NCBI GenBank assembly: GCA_951406725.2
Contig: OX597828.1
Location: 4,340,001 to 4,404,000, forward strand
Length of the DNA: 64,000 nt
Source of the DNA: Octopus vulgaris
Taxonomy: Eukaryota
Direction of reading: 5' to 3'
Translations under genes and position numbers: made by a program
Part shown: positions 11,655 through 23,728 of the stretch, piece by piece
Layout: every line of letters begins with the position of its first letter
Position numbering within the stretch: the stretch's first letter is position 1
Notes under the pieces: model-generated
Seen by the model: only the letters and a program-made list of their open reading frames with translations
The model's database searches: none
What the model was told of the DNA's origin: nothing

Positions 11655-13986
11655 TATTTCATATCATTTGCCATAAAGGCAGTACATAGAGTAAGTTAGC
11701 TTTGCGGGCTGGACGAGGACATTAATGAAATGAATGATAATGAAAGAAAGATGATGGGGATGGGAGAAGACAAGAAGCGCCCGCCGACTTCTGCTTCTCT
11801 AAAACATTGTTCTTTTAAAAACAAACACAAAACGAGGTATCAAACCTCTTACAATTTTTACAAATTTTCATTTTTTGGACTTAACAGTCCATTACTAATA
11901 ACAACATAGTTCAATAATTACATATATAAATACAATACACAAAGCCCCTCCTCCCAGACCTGGCTTACACTTCCCTTAGGAATGCGCTAGCTCTAGGTCG
12001 GGGCCCCTCAAGTTGTATCACAATTTGACTTGTCCTCGAAATAACTTGTGCCCGCATCCTCCACCATCCACCACACCTCCCTCATAATGTAATAGAGTTC
12101 CGAGTTAGCGTCGCCCGGGACCAAGCTATAATCCTCATTGAGCTCCTTCAGCCCAAGCGTCACGTCGAACGCCACAGCCTCCACAGCTACCTGCGGAGGC
12201 CATTCGGGGTCCTGTGTGAAGGCTAAAGGTGCTCCCTTGTGGTGCTTTTCCATCACCTTTTCGATCTCTCCGCCTCTATGGAAGAGGATCAATACCTCGT
12301 TTTTGCTCGGGTGCGGGATATTCAATTCTTTCGTTGGCGGCACAGTTCCCGCCAACGGTATTTCTTCTGTCGGTGGCACAACCCCAACCGACGTAGTTCC
12401 GGGACATTCCGGTGCTATGTCACCGACAGCCGGTAATGTCCCGTTTCTCTTCCTCTTTTTCTTTTTTTTCTTTTCAGCTGAGGGAGGGTGCGTCTCCTCC
12501 GTGGCCGGAAGATTCGCCTTTCCCTCCTCATCCCTAGTATCCTTTGGTGAGCACCCATTGTTGCTCACCTTCCTCTTTCGGCCTCTGTTTGAGGAGTCCT
12601 CCGCTTCCTCGGCCGTTTTCATTCCCTCTTCTACAGGGGTTTCACTTAACTGTTCCGGAATCCTATTTTGTTCCCGGGGACAGTTCTTCTTTATATGGCC
12701 GGACTCCAAGCACCGATGACAATTAGGAGGGCGACCCTCAAGCATCACCGGGTACCTGCACCCGGCCATTTTCAAAATATCTGGAAGAACCAGATTGGCT
12801 GGTTGGGTCCAAAGGGTCAAAATTGCTTTTGACCCAACCCAAGCAGCCGCAGGTAGAACTTTCACATTAAGGAGCTTAGTTTCGCTGCTACCCAGACCCC
12901 GGCGGATAGTCTCCTCTATCCACTCGGGTTTTATCCCGGGTGGCAGCCCTCAAATCCAAGCTTTCGTCAGTCTCTTTTTTTGGTACGTGGGCAGGAATAA
13001 AATTTCCTTACCCTCCAGGGGTTTACTAGCAAATTTGCAAGCCTCTTCAGGGGTGTCAAATAGCAACCACACCGTTGCATATTTGACACCCCTGTAAAGG
13101 AATTTAATTGTTGGCAAATACTCTGCCAACTCCTTTTCAATTGCCGTCTTTTCGAATAGGGCGATGGTGTCGAGTGCCTTGGAGTAGGTTCTCAACACCA
13201 CCGTCCTATCTTCACGGTCTTTTAACCACTTTTTAGGCGGTATAATCTCCCATTCCAAAATTTTGTCTTTTTTCATTGCCATGTTTTTTTTTGTTTTTTT
13301 TTTAAATATATTCAAATTAAACTTAAAAAGCGAGAAGAATAAAGTTCAAAAGTCCAAATAAAATTTGATAGATTTTTGGAAAAACAAAAAGGAGAAAGCA
13401 CAACAGAAGGGAAGAAATCAACGGAAAGTCGCAATAAACAAAAAAAACAAAAGGGGGAGTTAAATGAAGTTCAAAAGAAAGTTAATAAACAGAAAAAACA
13501 CAGCAAAAATCTTCTGGCCTTACGGTACTCCCGGCCTGAGTTGAACCTGGAACGCCGCAACTGGGACACAACCTCCACAAAAATGGGTCTGAAAGGTAAT
13601 CCAAAAGTGGCTTATTCTTATAATTTTCTTGCGAAATACTCCGACAAAGGAATAAATTCAACAAACCCAAACACAGCACTGGCTACCGCCAACGGTAATT
13701 TTAACAGTAACTGTATTGGGTTCCGAGGATACGCCCCTCCACTGTGTTTTTTCCAATAAACACAAAAACAAAGCAGCCGCCGAGAGCAGGCGAAATTGTG
13801 TCAGAGTTGGACACAACTTACTGAATTAATAATTAGCACGCAATAAATTGTGCCCAACTCACAATAAACAAAATCACTCACCTCGACAACTTTCTGTTTT
13901 TGGTCTTTTTTCTATAATTGGAGGGAGCTGGTTAACTCACGTCCACTCTGGCTCAACAGGAAGCAACTGACTAACTGCGCATGTGT
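11655..13986 (-). mobile_element. ORF1-only (half-LINE, HAL1-like) Tx1/L1-type retroelement A, 2.3 kb
   Basis: bounded by gtaagcaagctactt (11640-11654) and gttagcaagctactt (13987-14001); L1/Tx1-like 5' end (cttcctgttgagcc..ggacgtg..agctcc); ends in gaaataaa; no endonuclease or RT. Confidence 0.85.
12008..13282 (-). pseudogene. LINE ORF1 (gag-like zinc-knuckle RNA-binding protein) with one in-frame TGA at 12950-12952
   Basis: ORFs 12950-13315 and 12008-12865 are in the same frame; CHRCLESGHIKKNC knuckle, basic KKKKKKRKR patch; paralogous to 14178-15434. Confidence 0.85.
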
Positions 13987-14001
13987 GTTAGCAAGCTACT
14001 T

Positions 14002-16076
14002 TATTTCATTAAAATTTGCCACGAGGGCAGTACAAAGAGTAGCTGCGGGCTGGACAAAAACATTAATGAGATGATGATGATAATGATGAACAAAAATTCT
14101 TTACAAAAAATTTTCAAGAAAAAATTTTTACAACAAACTGTTTTACAACAGCGAAAATTGTCTTACGATTCGTCTTGTCAGGTCCCCCGACCTAATTGAC
14201 GTGCCGCCTGCAGGCAACTCTGCATCGACAGGTCGGGGCCTGAAAACAGAAAAGCGAATTCTTTCTTGTCAAAGGTCGCTGTGACCTTTGACAAAGTTTT
14301 TTCTGTAATCGCCTCCGCAGTCACCTGTGGAGGCCAATTCGGACAGCTTCTGTCGTACGAGTACATTCGTCCTAGTTCGCCCATGCTGTCCAGAAATTTA
14401 CTAACCTTTCCTCCCTCGCGATAAAGGAGGACAACCGTTCCCTCTTCAGGGGAAGGTACTTCATGCTGCTCCGTCAGTGGCACACTTCCCATTGACGGAG
14501 CCCTCTCCGCAAGTGGCACACATCCCACTTGCGGCTCCGTCTGCGACTCATGAACATCAGCCGCCCGACCTCTATTTCTTTTTCTCCTCCTTTTTTGGGG
14601 GGAGACTGCTGACCCAGGGGGTTCCGTCAGCAGACATGGGGGGTCGTTATCCCCCTCCGCCACCTGAGCATTCTTTGGCGAGCAACCATTGTTGCTCGCC
14701 TGTCTTTTTCTTTTCGTGGAGGCGATTTCCTCCACGACTTCCACCGTCTCCCCCTCCAATGAGGGGGCGGCGGGCACCTTTCCCCTTTCATGCTCCGGGG
14801 CACCACCATGGCCCCCGGGACAATTCCTCTTGATATGTCCGGGCTCCAGGCACAGGTGACACTTGGGGGGGGGGCGTCCTGCGAGTATCACCGGGTACCT
14901 GTGCCCGGCCATTCTCAGGAAGTCTGGGAATCTCATCTTTTCCACGGCTACCGGGGTCCACACGGTCAAAGTTGCCTTTGACCCCTCCCAGGCGACCGCG
15001 GGAGTCATTTTTATACTCAGTAGCCTGGGTCCGCTATCCCCCAGGCCTCGCCAGATGGTCTCCTCGATCCATCCCGCCTCCGTGCCCGGGGGCAACCCAC
15101 AAACCCAGGCTCTTTTTATTTTTCTGCCACAATACGAGGGGAGGAACAAAATTTCCTCTCCCTCCAGGGGCTCGCTAGCAAATCTGCTAGCTTCCTCGGG
15201 GGTACCAAACAGCAACCACTCCGTTGCAAATTTAGTCCCTCGAGAAATAAACTTTATAGTTGGCAGGTGGTCCACCAACTCTCTTTCTATTGTACTCCTG
15301 TCGAAGAGGGCGATGGCCCCACGCGACCTAGAATAGGTTCGTAGGACCACCGTCCTCTTCTCAAGACTTTTAATCCACTGCTTGGGTGGGACAACCTCCC
15401 ACTCCAAAGCAGTGGCTTCATTTTTTTTTGCCATGTGAAAGAAGTTCAAAGTTCATAATAAAATTCGATAGATTGAAACAAAGTAGGGAAGGTACGCAAA
15501 GGAGAAGCACAACAGAAAGGAAGAAATTAACAGAAAGTCACAATAAACAAAAAAAACAAAAAGAGAAGTTAAATAAAGTTCAAAATAAAGTCACAGCAAA
15601 AATCTTCTGGCCTTACGGTACTCCGGCCTGAGTTGAACCTGGAACGCCGCAACACAACCTCCACAAAAATTGGTCCAAAGGGTAATCCAAAAGTGGCTTG
15701 ATACTCCGACAAAGGAATCAATTTTCCGGCCGAAAAGGTACTCCTGGCCGTCTAATGGTGGAATAAATTCCAACTGGAATTAATTTTTGAGGAGGGGCTA
15801 CGCCTCCTCAAAAAACAATTCTCACTGCAAAGTGAGTCTTTATACCCGACAACAGGCAGGAAAAAATACCTGGAGCAAAGTGAAGCCTATTACCTGCTAA
15901 AAATTGTTAAGGCTAACTAACATTAAATGTTAAGACCATTAAAAGCAAGCAATAAAATTCACTAAACTCCGAAAAATATACTAATTGCCTACCTGTCGTC
16001 GAGTCAAAAGTTCAACATTTCACGTTAAAACACGTGACAACTGGAGTAGCAAAAAACACGTCCGACCACGTCAGAG
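14002..16076 (-). mobile_element. ORF1-only Tx1/L1-type retroelement B, 2.1 kb
   Basis: perfect 15-bp TSD gttagcaagctactt (13987-14001 / 16077-16091); 5' end ..ggacgtgttttttgctactcc; 3' tail homologous to element A; no ORF2. Confidence 0.85.
14178..15434 (-). CDS. intact LINE ORF1 protein (~418 aa) with a CCHC zinc knuckle
   Basis: open frame from ATG 15434; CHLCLEPGHIKRNC; basic QKRRRKRNR; shares PPK, RGxxxAT..F.T.E.A, LPxYxG, WxG, PD and GRxPxC motifs with ORF1 of the Tx1 element at 45422-46930. Confidence 0.85.
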   Translation of the reverse strand: MAKKNEATALEWEVVPPKQWIKSLEKRTVVLRTYSRSRGAIALFDRSTIERELVDHLPTIKFISRGTKFATEWLLFGTPEEASRFASEPLEGEEILFLPSYCGRKIKRAWVCGLPPGTEAGWIEETIWRGLGDSGPRLLSIKMTPAVAWEGSKATLTVWTPVAVEKMRFPDFLRMAGHRYPVILAGRPPPKCHLCLEPGHIKRNCPGGHGGAPEHERGKVPAAPSLEGETVEVVEEIASTKRKRQASNNGCSPKNAQVAEGDNDPPCLLTEPPGSAVSPQKRRRKRNRGRAADVHESQTEPQVGCVPLAERAPSMGSVPLTEQHEVPSPEEGTVVLLYREGGKVSKFLDSMGELGRMYSYDRSCPNWPPQVTAEAITEKTLSKVTATFDKKEFAFLFSGPDLSMQSCLQAARQLGRGT

Positions 16077-17189
16077 GTTAGCAAGCTACTTATCACACAG
16101 CCACTCCTACGGCTATTCTAAACAATTTGCTCGAGTGTATCGATTTAGGTGAAATATATACCAATTTTCGAGGTACAACATATGAGAATAATAACGATCA
16201 ACCGCCCTCAAAATACTTTTGAAAATATGATTTATTTATTTGTCTAAATAATCAGATTTGCTAGCATTTTATTTAAATTTGGACTGTACTACTTTCAAAA
16301 GACTATATTGCATAATTTGCTACTTAAATAGCAATACAAAGGACAAAACGGTAAAACTACAAATATAGACTTGCATAGTGGGCAATCACTAGGATGGCAT
16401 GGATTTCAAAATTCATACGCAAAGTAATTAAAAGAATGTTATTAACTGATTTTAAATGAGAACTGGAAATATATTGTGAATCAATTTCCCAGACTAAGTC
16501 CGCAACAGCACTCACTCCATATGACTAACATATTCAAAGTATAACAGTCAGGATTAATGCAAAGGAATATGTCTCCCAACAAGATCAAGGAATACTGCAT
16601 TGGCATTCTAGAAAAATGTCCTCTAGGATTTGCATCTATATCTAACTTTTTCAGAAACTATTTCCGCTGCTGAGCATATCAGGTTCATACTGAAACATTT
16701 TATATTTCATAAGTGTAAGACTAAATCATAGACATGCTGTAATAAACCGCCATTAATCGATAAATTTAAATATAATACGTCTATTTCATTCTAAAAATAT
16801 ATAAGGAGTGATATAAAAGGCAATATAAGAACAATATAAAACAATATAAACAATATAAGAACAATATAAAAGTATAGTATAGAACAAGTATATAACATCT
16901 ATCATACATATATGTTGAGAGAAAATTGCCAGATTTATATTAGAAATTAGCAAAGAAGTTCAGTAATTTTTATTCGCAAGAGATAGACTTCGTTCTAATT
17001 TACTAACTTGCTCAAAATGAATTAACTTAGTATTTAATAATTGATACAAATATCCAGTATTAAGAAACACTAATTTACGTCATATGTAAACAAACATAAG
17101 TTTGATTTTGAAGCGTTGAAATGTATTGCAGAAAAACGTAGAAAGCTACACGTAAATACTGAACAGTATATATAAAGGATAAAATTCTT

Positions 17190-17263
17190 TTAAAAGCAGA
17201 AAAATTTGCCGGCAACCAGCTCTTAAAAGCAGAAAAATTTGCCGGCAACCAGCTCTTAAAAGC
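17190..17263. repeat. ~33-bp tandem duplication
   Basis: taaaagcagaaaaatttgccggcaaccagctct twice. Confidence 0.9.
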
Positions 17264-17399
17264 ATTTTAGTTGGAAAAATATATCTTTGTACTTGTTCTA
17301 AAACACTAATTGATTTTTATAATATATGAATACATATGCGATGCGCACGTCTGTATATGTTTATCTGTATACATATATCAAAAATGTCAAAATCTCTTC

Positions 17400-17570
17400 C
17401 CGATCCATAGGCGCACAAAGAGTTGGAACGCTGGTCTGTTGCAGAATTACTCATTTGTCAAAGCTGAGTGGACGGGAACAACGTGAAATAAAATGCATTG
17501 CCTGACAGCAATCGAGACCACTCTTAGGGTCATGAGTGGAGCACAGTAACTACTGGATCATGCGACTCCA
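17400..17570 (-). mobile_element. decayed SINE fragment
   Basis: gctgagtggacgggaacaacgtgaaataaaatgcattgc; tRNA-like head on the minus strand. Confidence 0.45.
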
Positions 17571-17592
17571 CATATATACAAGTATAATACAT

Positions 17593-17965
17593 AGGCGTGG
17601 CTGTGTGGTACGAAGTTTCCTTCTCATTTACGTTGTCCCGGGTTTAATCCCACTGCGTGGCAACTTGTCTTCCGCAAGTGACTTCTACTACGACCTCAAG
17701 TCGACTTGTGAGTGCATTTGGTAGACGGAACCTGGAAGAAGCCCGTTGAGCATGCAAATGTATGGGCGTGTGTCTCTTTGTGACTGTGTCTTTCCCTCAC
17801 TAACACCAGTTAATAACCGGTGTTGGTGTATTTATATCCACATAACTTAACCGTTCGGCAAGAGATCGATAGAGTAAGTAATAGACTTTAAAAGATATGA
17901 ACTGGTTCGATTCATTCCACTAAAAATTCTTCAAGGCGGTCCCCTAGCATGGCGACAGTCAAAAA
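17593..17965 (+). mobile_element. tRNA-derived SINE (same family as 4325 and 11279)
   Basis: ggcgtggctgtgtggt box A, gggtttaatccc box B-like, gaagcccgt, ggttcggcaagagatcgatagagtaagta. Confidence 0.75.
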
Positions 17966-18121
17966 TGAACACACATGCACACGCACGCACGCACGCACAC
18001 ACACACGCACACGCACACACACGCCTCACCCCATGCACTCCCGACACACTCTCTCTCTCATAAATATTGATTTACTAATAGGTACACAGTTGAATAGATA
18101 AGTTATAGACTATACATATAA

Positions 18122-18410
18122 CCGTGGCTTAATGGTTAGGGTGTTGCACTCATGATTGAGAGATCGCGGTTTCAGTTCCCAGACGGAGCGTTGTGTTCTG
18201 AAGCAAACGACTTCATTTCACGTTGCTCTGTGATCATTTCGTCATTTGGCATGTCACATACTGTGCGCAGTAACATCGATTTGATGTAAGGAGTGAGCTT
18301 ATGTCAATACAAACATTTGAACACTATGAGCAAATCATCTGTGTGGTTGTTCGACGTATGAGGGTAGCTGACCCCTCATCCATCGTCTACGATGGAAGAG
18401 TCCATGATAT
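18122..18410 (+). mobile_element. tRNA-derived SINE
   Basis: gtggcttaatggttagggtgttgcactcatgattgagagatcgcggtttcagttccc head. Confidence 0.6.
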
Positions 18411-18571
18411 TTATATATGTGTGTGTGTATACATATGTGTGTAAGTGTATAAACGTGTGTGTGTACGTGTGCAAGTGAATCTGTGGTCTGTGTGTACCTG
18501 TGTATGTGTGTAATTTTATTTTACATATACAAACATATATGTATGTATGTATGTATGAATATATATGTATG

Positions 18572-18607
<36 letters not shown>

Positions 18608-19754
18608 TATATACATACAGACATACATACATACAAACATTCACACTCAACCACGCATATATTTATATGTATATATCTGTGTGTGTGTGTTTGCACGTCC
18701 ATCTGTATATGAATATGCGTGAAGGTGTGAATATGTGAAAGCGAGATAGTGTGTTAATTAATAGAAAGGGAAACGTTTTGACTAAATAGTAATTATACTT
18801 CTTGTCCCCTTTGAATGAGTAGAGTGATATTTAACGCTTTGTTGCATTTGTTTTAATACTTAAACTCTAACTTCAATAAAAATTCATTTACATATAACGT
18901 GATATGTGCTAAAATCCTATGTCTAACGGAAAGCTTCAAACATATTACCTCCATATATTTTCCCAAATAGTCAAACATATACACTGTGATAATGATCTAT
19001 TTTGCTTCGTTTGAATTTAGGACACATCTTTAATATGGAAGAAATAGTGTTTTGTAAATATCCAAAATTGGCTCCATAAATTTCCGAGATGTATTGAAGA
19101 CAATAAAATATCTTTGCTTTGAGGTGTCTGATAAATTCAAGTAAAACATCAGCCATATCACGTAGTTTTTTGTCTTGATTTCTTTTTCTTGTGAAGGGCT
19201 GTTGTCTGTCTGCAGTTTCACTTTACTTCTAGTACAGAGCCTAAACGCAACATCAATTTCGTACAATAAATATAGCGAGCCAGTATGACTCAATTATTTT
19301 AAGTGCACTTGGTAAGGTGACGGTGGTGTTCAAGGAACGGTACAAAGCGAGCTAAATGCTTACATATATTAAGCAATGTTCGCCTTCGTTTGCACTTAAA
19401 ATGCCTTTCATCTTAAGAATCATCGACCTAGATTTATCCTATCAATTACTTTCTCTTACTACGTAATTCATACCGTAAAGAGATATAAATTTTCCTTCGC
19501 TAAAAGTCACATTTATCTTGCTATATTCAGAAACAAAATTCTTGTATTCCTCTCTCAATATAATCCTCGATTCAATATTCAATATAATCCTTGATTTTAT
19601 AATTTAAATTTCAACGGGAATCATATAATAATATTTTGTATATATACATACAGACAGGCATACATGTACATGTAACTATGTATCTATGTATGTGTGAATA
19701 TATATATATACAGACATGCATACATACATATACATACATACATACATACATACA

Positions 19755-19829
<75 letters not shown>

Positions 19830-20776
19830 TAAACGAAAACATCATTTGTTCATGTTATATTTTAGGAAATTTATTTTCCAAATAAGCATATAATGCGAAA
19901 CCTGTTTATCAGATCGCGTTCAGTCATAGCGTATAAAACATTTATGCATAGCACATCGGGGGAGCGTAGATATACCGATATTTGCTTTATTTCTTTGCAA
20001 TAATTTACAAAACCTTTGGCGGTATTCCAATCTGCTACATGTCTTTGCAATTAGGTGTGAAGACACAGAGTAGAAAATATAGGCAAATTTGGATTTATAG
20101 GTTGCCTTCTCTCAAAAAATATGTAATTATGTCTACTCTTAGGGAAGGCGTTTGGTTAATTTACTCTATTGATTATGTAAATAGGTTGGTGGTCGAGAAA
20201 AAATGCATTTTATGTTCCAGAATTTCTTAGAGGCATGGTAAGATAAAAAAAAAGGAAATATAATCGACTTCACTTACCTGAAAATTCTGATGTAAATTCT
20301 TCCACATTTAAATTGAAGAGAGGTAGAAAATACTCATATCTCGTGAGATATGCTTTTGTGTTAATAAGGAAAAAACTGAAGCATTGCTATAATGATGATT
20401 TATTTTTTACTTTATGTTGCATTGATAGTAAAAAAAAAAAGGAAATTATGTCGTTCCTCTTGGTTTTCCTCTAATTTTATAAGGTACCAGTAAAGTTACG
20501 AGCAAGCATTATTCATCACTCTACTTTCTCTCTCAACCATTTGAAAATCTATGATATTACAGCTAGGCAGATAGGGAAGGATGGACCAGGACTAGATTAA
20601 TAAATGTTCAGCAGAGTTGAGTGGCGAAATGTGAAATGAGGTAACATACTCAAGAACAAAGCACGTATTCTGGTCCGGCAATCGGAATACATATATATGC
20701 TTGGATCTGTATTAGCTTCTTCTTAGGGGTGATGGGTAAAAAGTGTAAAGGTATATATATATAGATGTACATAGAA

Positions 20777-20816
<40 letters not shown>

Positions 20817-20869
20817 AGGGGGGTATATATATGCGTAAGTATATGCATGTATCTCTGTGATGACAGCAC

Positions 20870-21148
20870 CGCATGACTGGATTCCGTGCTAGTGGAGCGC
20901 TAAGAGCACTATTCGAGCGATATCGTTGCCAGTACGGCCTTATTGGCCCTCGTGCCTGTGGCACGTAAGAGCACCCACCACACTCTCGGAGTGTCTGGCG
21001 TTAAGAAGGGCATTCGGCTATAGAAACTCTACTAGATCAGATTGGAGCTGGGTGCAGCCATCTGGTTCGCCAGCCCTCAGTGAAACGGTCCAACACATGT
21101 CAGTGGAAAGCAGACGCTAAACGATGATGATGATGATGATGATGATGT
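20870..21148 (+). mobile_element. RTE-type LINE/SINE 3' end with (GAT)n tail
   Basis: ggcgttaagaagggcatt...ggtccaacacatgtcagtggaaagcagacgctaaacgatgatgatg. Confidence 0.55.
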
Positions 21149-22364
21149 ATATATATATATATTGACGTTCGGATGCATATATGAATGTGTGTATATGTAT
21201 GCGTATGTACTTGCATATATACAAATTTTGTTAGTTTTATACCATATAACCGAATATTCCATTCTGACCTTATTTATCTCTTCATCCCTTCATGAAGGTA
21301 ACACAACTTCTAATCGAATTTTGATAAAAATATATATATGTGTGTGTGTGAGTGTGTATACATATATCTACATGTGTGTATATATTTATATATATATATA
21401 CACACACACAAATATATATATATATATTTATATATGTTTATATGTATGTATGTTTGTGCGTGTAAATATATATTTTCTTGTACTTGAAACAACTTAACAC
21501 GTAAATATCGCCATGAATTCTACATTAGACAAACAGGTGTATCACTCAGGAAGTTGATTAAGATATGGTAGATCAGGAAACCATATACACGTAAAATGTC
21601 CTACAGTCAACATGTAAAGTGTTGTTGGAGATTTGTTTTATCACACTATTCATTCTTCCCAATTCTTCCACAAAGAGAGGACAACAGCGAATCAATTAAT
21701 GAATATATCTTATTAGCAAATATAAACCAAAATTTCATGCTTACCGTTTTATTTTGCATAGAACACTGAAAATATTTTTTTTAATAACTGAACAATAACA
21801 TTTTTGCGCTAAAAAATTTTAGCGGAAAGTTTTTGTGAAAACCGAAAACTCTTTAATTAAAAGCAAAAGGACAGCTGTAAATATCATCATAAGCGAGGGC
21901 CAGTTCGGCTACAATCATTGTCTTGAAAATGACATAACTTGCATTTCTATTCAAAATTACCCACACGGGCTACTAAAGCTCCATCGCGTAGGAACTTCTT
22001 TGAAAAGCAGAAAACGGTGCAAATCGGTCAGTAAATTATGGTACACTTTACTTTCTGAGTGAAAATAATTTTTTCAAATAACACTTCTCTGTAAATTTAG
22101 ACTTTGTAGAATATTTCCATTTTTTCTCTTTTGGCAAAATATATTTCTACAATAAAATCACATTATTCTATAAACAAAAAGTGTAATAATTTATTTCAGT
22201 AAAATATTTTTTATACAAAAAATATCATTGTTGTTTTAAATTTACATAAGTTTATATATAAAATAATTATATTAAAATTGGTTTTGGAAATATTCAAAAT
22301 TCAAATATAGAATTGTCAACCAGCTCTCTTAATCTTTAAATTTATCTCTCTATCTCTCTATCTC

Positions 22365-22415
<51 letters not shown>

Positions 22416-22480
22416 GTCTGTCTGTCTATCTGTCTGGTTGTCTGTCTGTCTGTCTATCCATCTCTCTATCTCAATATATA

Positions 22481-23728
22481 TTAAGTCACCTCATAAATAA
22501 TGCAGCTTTTACTTTTATTTTCCAAAATTATGTTAAGCAAATTTGTTTTTTAATCTGAAACATACTCTCCTTCGCTTTCTACAATGCGCTGTCATCTATT
22601 TGGTAGACTTTCAAGCTCCCCTCTTCTAAAATTCATGTCTCCGTGACGAAACATGCTCCTCCAGTACTGTTCTAAAGAAATCATACAGAATTCATATTCT
22701 TTCCGTCCAAAGGATTTTGAAGACTGCAGAATAAATGATAATCAGATGGGGCAATATCCGGCGAATATGATGTGTAGGGCATCGTTTCCCATTCAAACTA
22801 CGCTAGCTTTAGGAATGTCATCCTTGCTGTAGGTGGCCGAGCATCATCCTGATGGTCATTTTTCTTCTAGCGCTGACTTAATCTACTCAACCTGCTCGCA
22901 GTAGATCTCCTTTTATATTGTTTGGTTTGTGTTCCAAAGTTCAAAGTGGGTTAGACCTTTCATATCCCACCAAACAGATAACAACACCTTACGTGCGTGA
23001 AGACCTCCTTTAGCCTGGGATGCTGATGTATGTCCATTCACTATCCACTGTATTCGGCGTTTGACATTTTAATAAAGAAGCCATTTTTCGTCCGCAGTCT
23101 CTATTTCGTCCCAAAAATGTTCATTCGTGAGACGTGACAGCTAAGAAGAGCACACATTCACTCTGTATGCGATTAAACTCTGAAAGTTTATTAGAAACCC
23201 ACTGACCCAATTTGCGAACTTTTCCCATGGCTCGCAGGTGTCGATGAAAGGCTAAATTATCAAATCCATGACTCTCTGCTACTTCCTCAACAATTGCCAG
23301 AGGATTTTGTTCCATCAGGGTTATCAGAACGTTCTGATTGAGCTCTACAGTTCATCCAAGACGAGGTTCATCTTCTAGGTTGTAGTTTCCGGTTCGGAAT
23401 CTCTGGAACCATCGTTCACACTGGCTTACGCTTATTGCCCTATCCCCATACACTGAATTAATATTCTACGCACTTTCCGTTGCGTAGTTGCCTTTATTGA
23501 ACTCCTAAAGCCATATATCCCGAATATGCTCCTTTGTCACTCCCATTATAACTTTGAAAAAATATATGTTAAAATCGAGCTGCACTCATCAAAGCTTTCA
23601 CTATGAATATGTACAAGGTATAATTACTACCTGCTTTATAGCAAGTTCATGCATGTAGTTTATCGCATCCCATTCTGACTTTTAGTTCATGCAATTGAAA
23701 CAACTGCATTATTTATGGGATGACCCAA
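22481..23728 (-). mobile_element. full-length but decayed mariner transposon; transposase pseudogene ~23546-22550
   Basis: TA-flanked TIRs ttaagtcacctcataaataatgcag / ctgcattatttatgggatgacccaa; MGVTKEHIRDIWL*EFNKG, GQWVSNKLSE, TADEKW, SPDIAPSDYHLF motifs. Confidence 0.9.

Larger units (their letters stand above)
11279..16110 (-). mobile_element. tRNA-derived SINE interrupted in its head by two retroelements (SINE pieces 11279-11654 and 16077-16110)
   Basis: (TTTACTC)n tail at 11279; body matches 4325-4688; head resumes as atcacacagccactcctac after the insertions. Confidence 0.85.

Noticed and set aside
12138-15336. Plus-strand ORFs antisense to the ORF1 genes (193 aa, 157 aa and others)
   Set aside because: Shadow frames of GC-richer coding sequence; no recognisable motifs
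11655-16076. Elements A and B as a simple tandem duplication or as host gene paralogues
   Set aside because: Different 5' ends and C-termini, individual TSDs, no introns, and location inside a SINE all indicate independent retrotransposition
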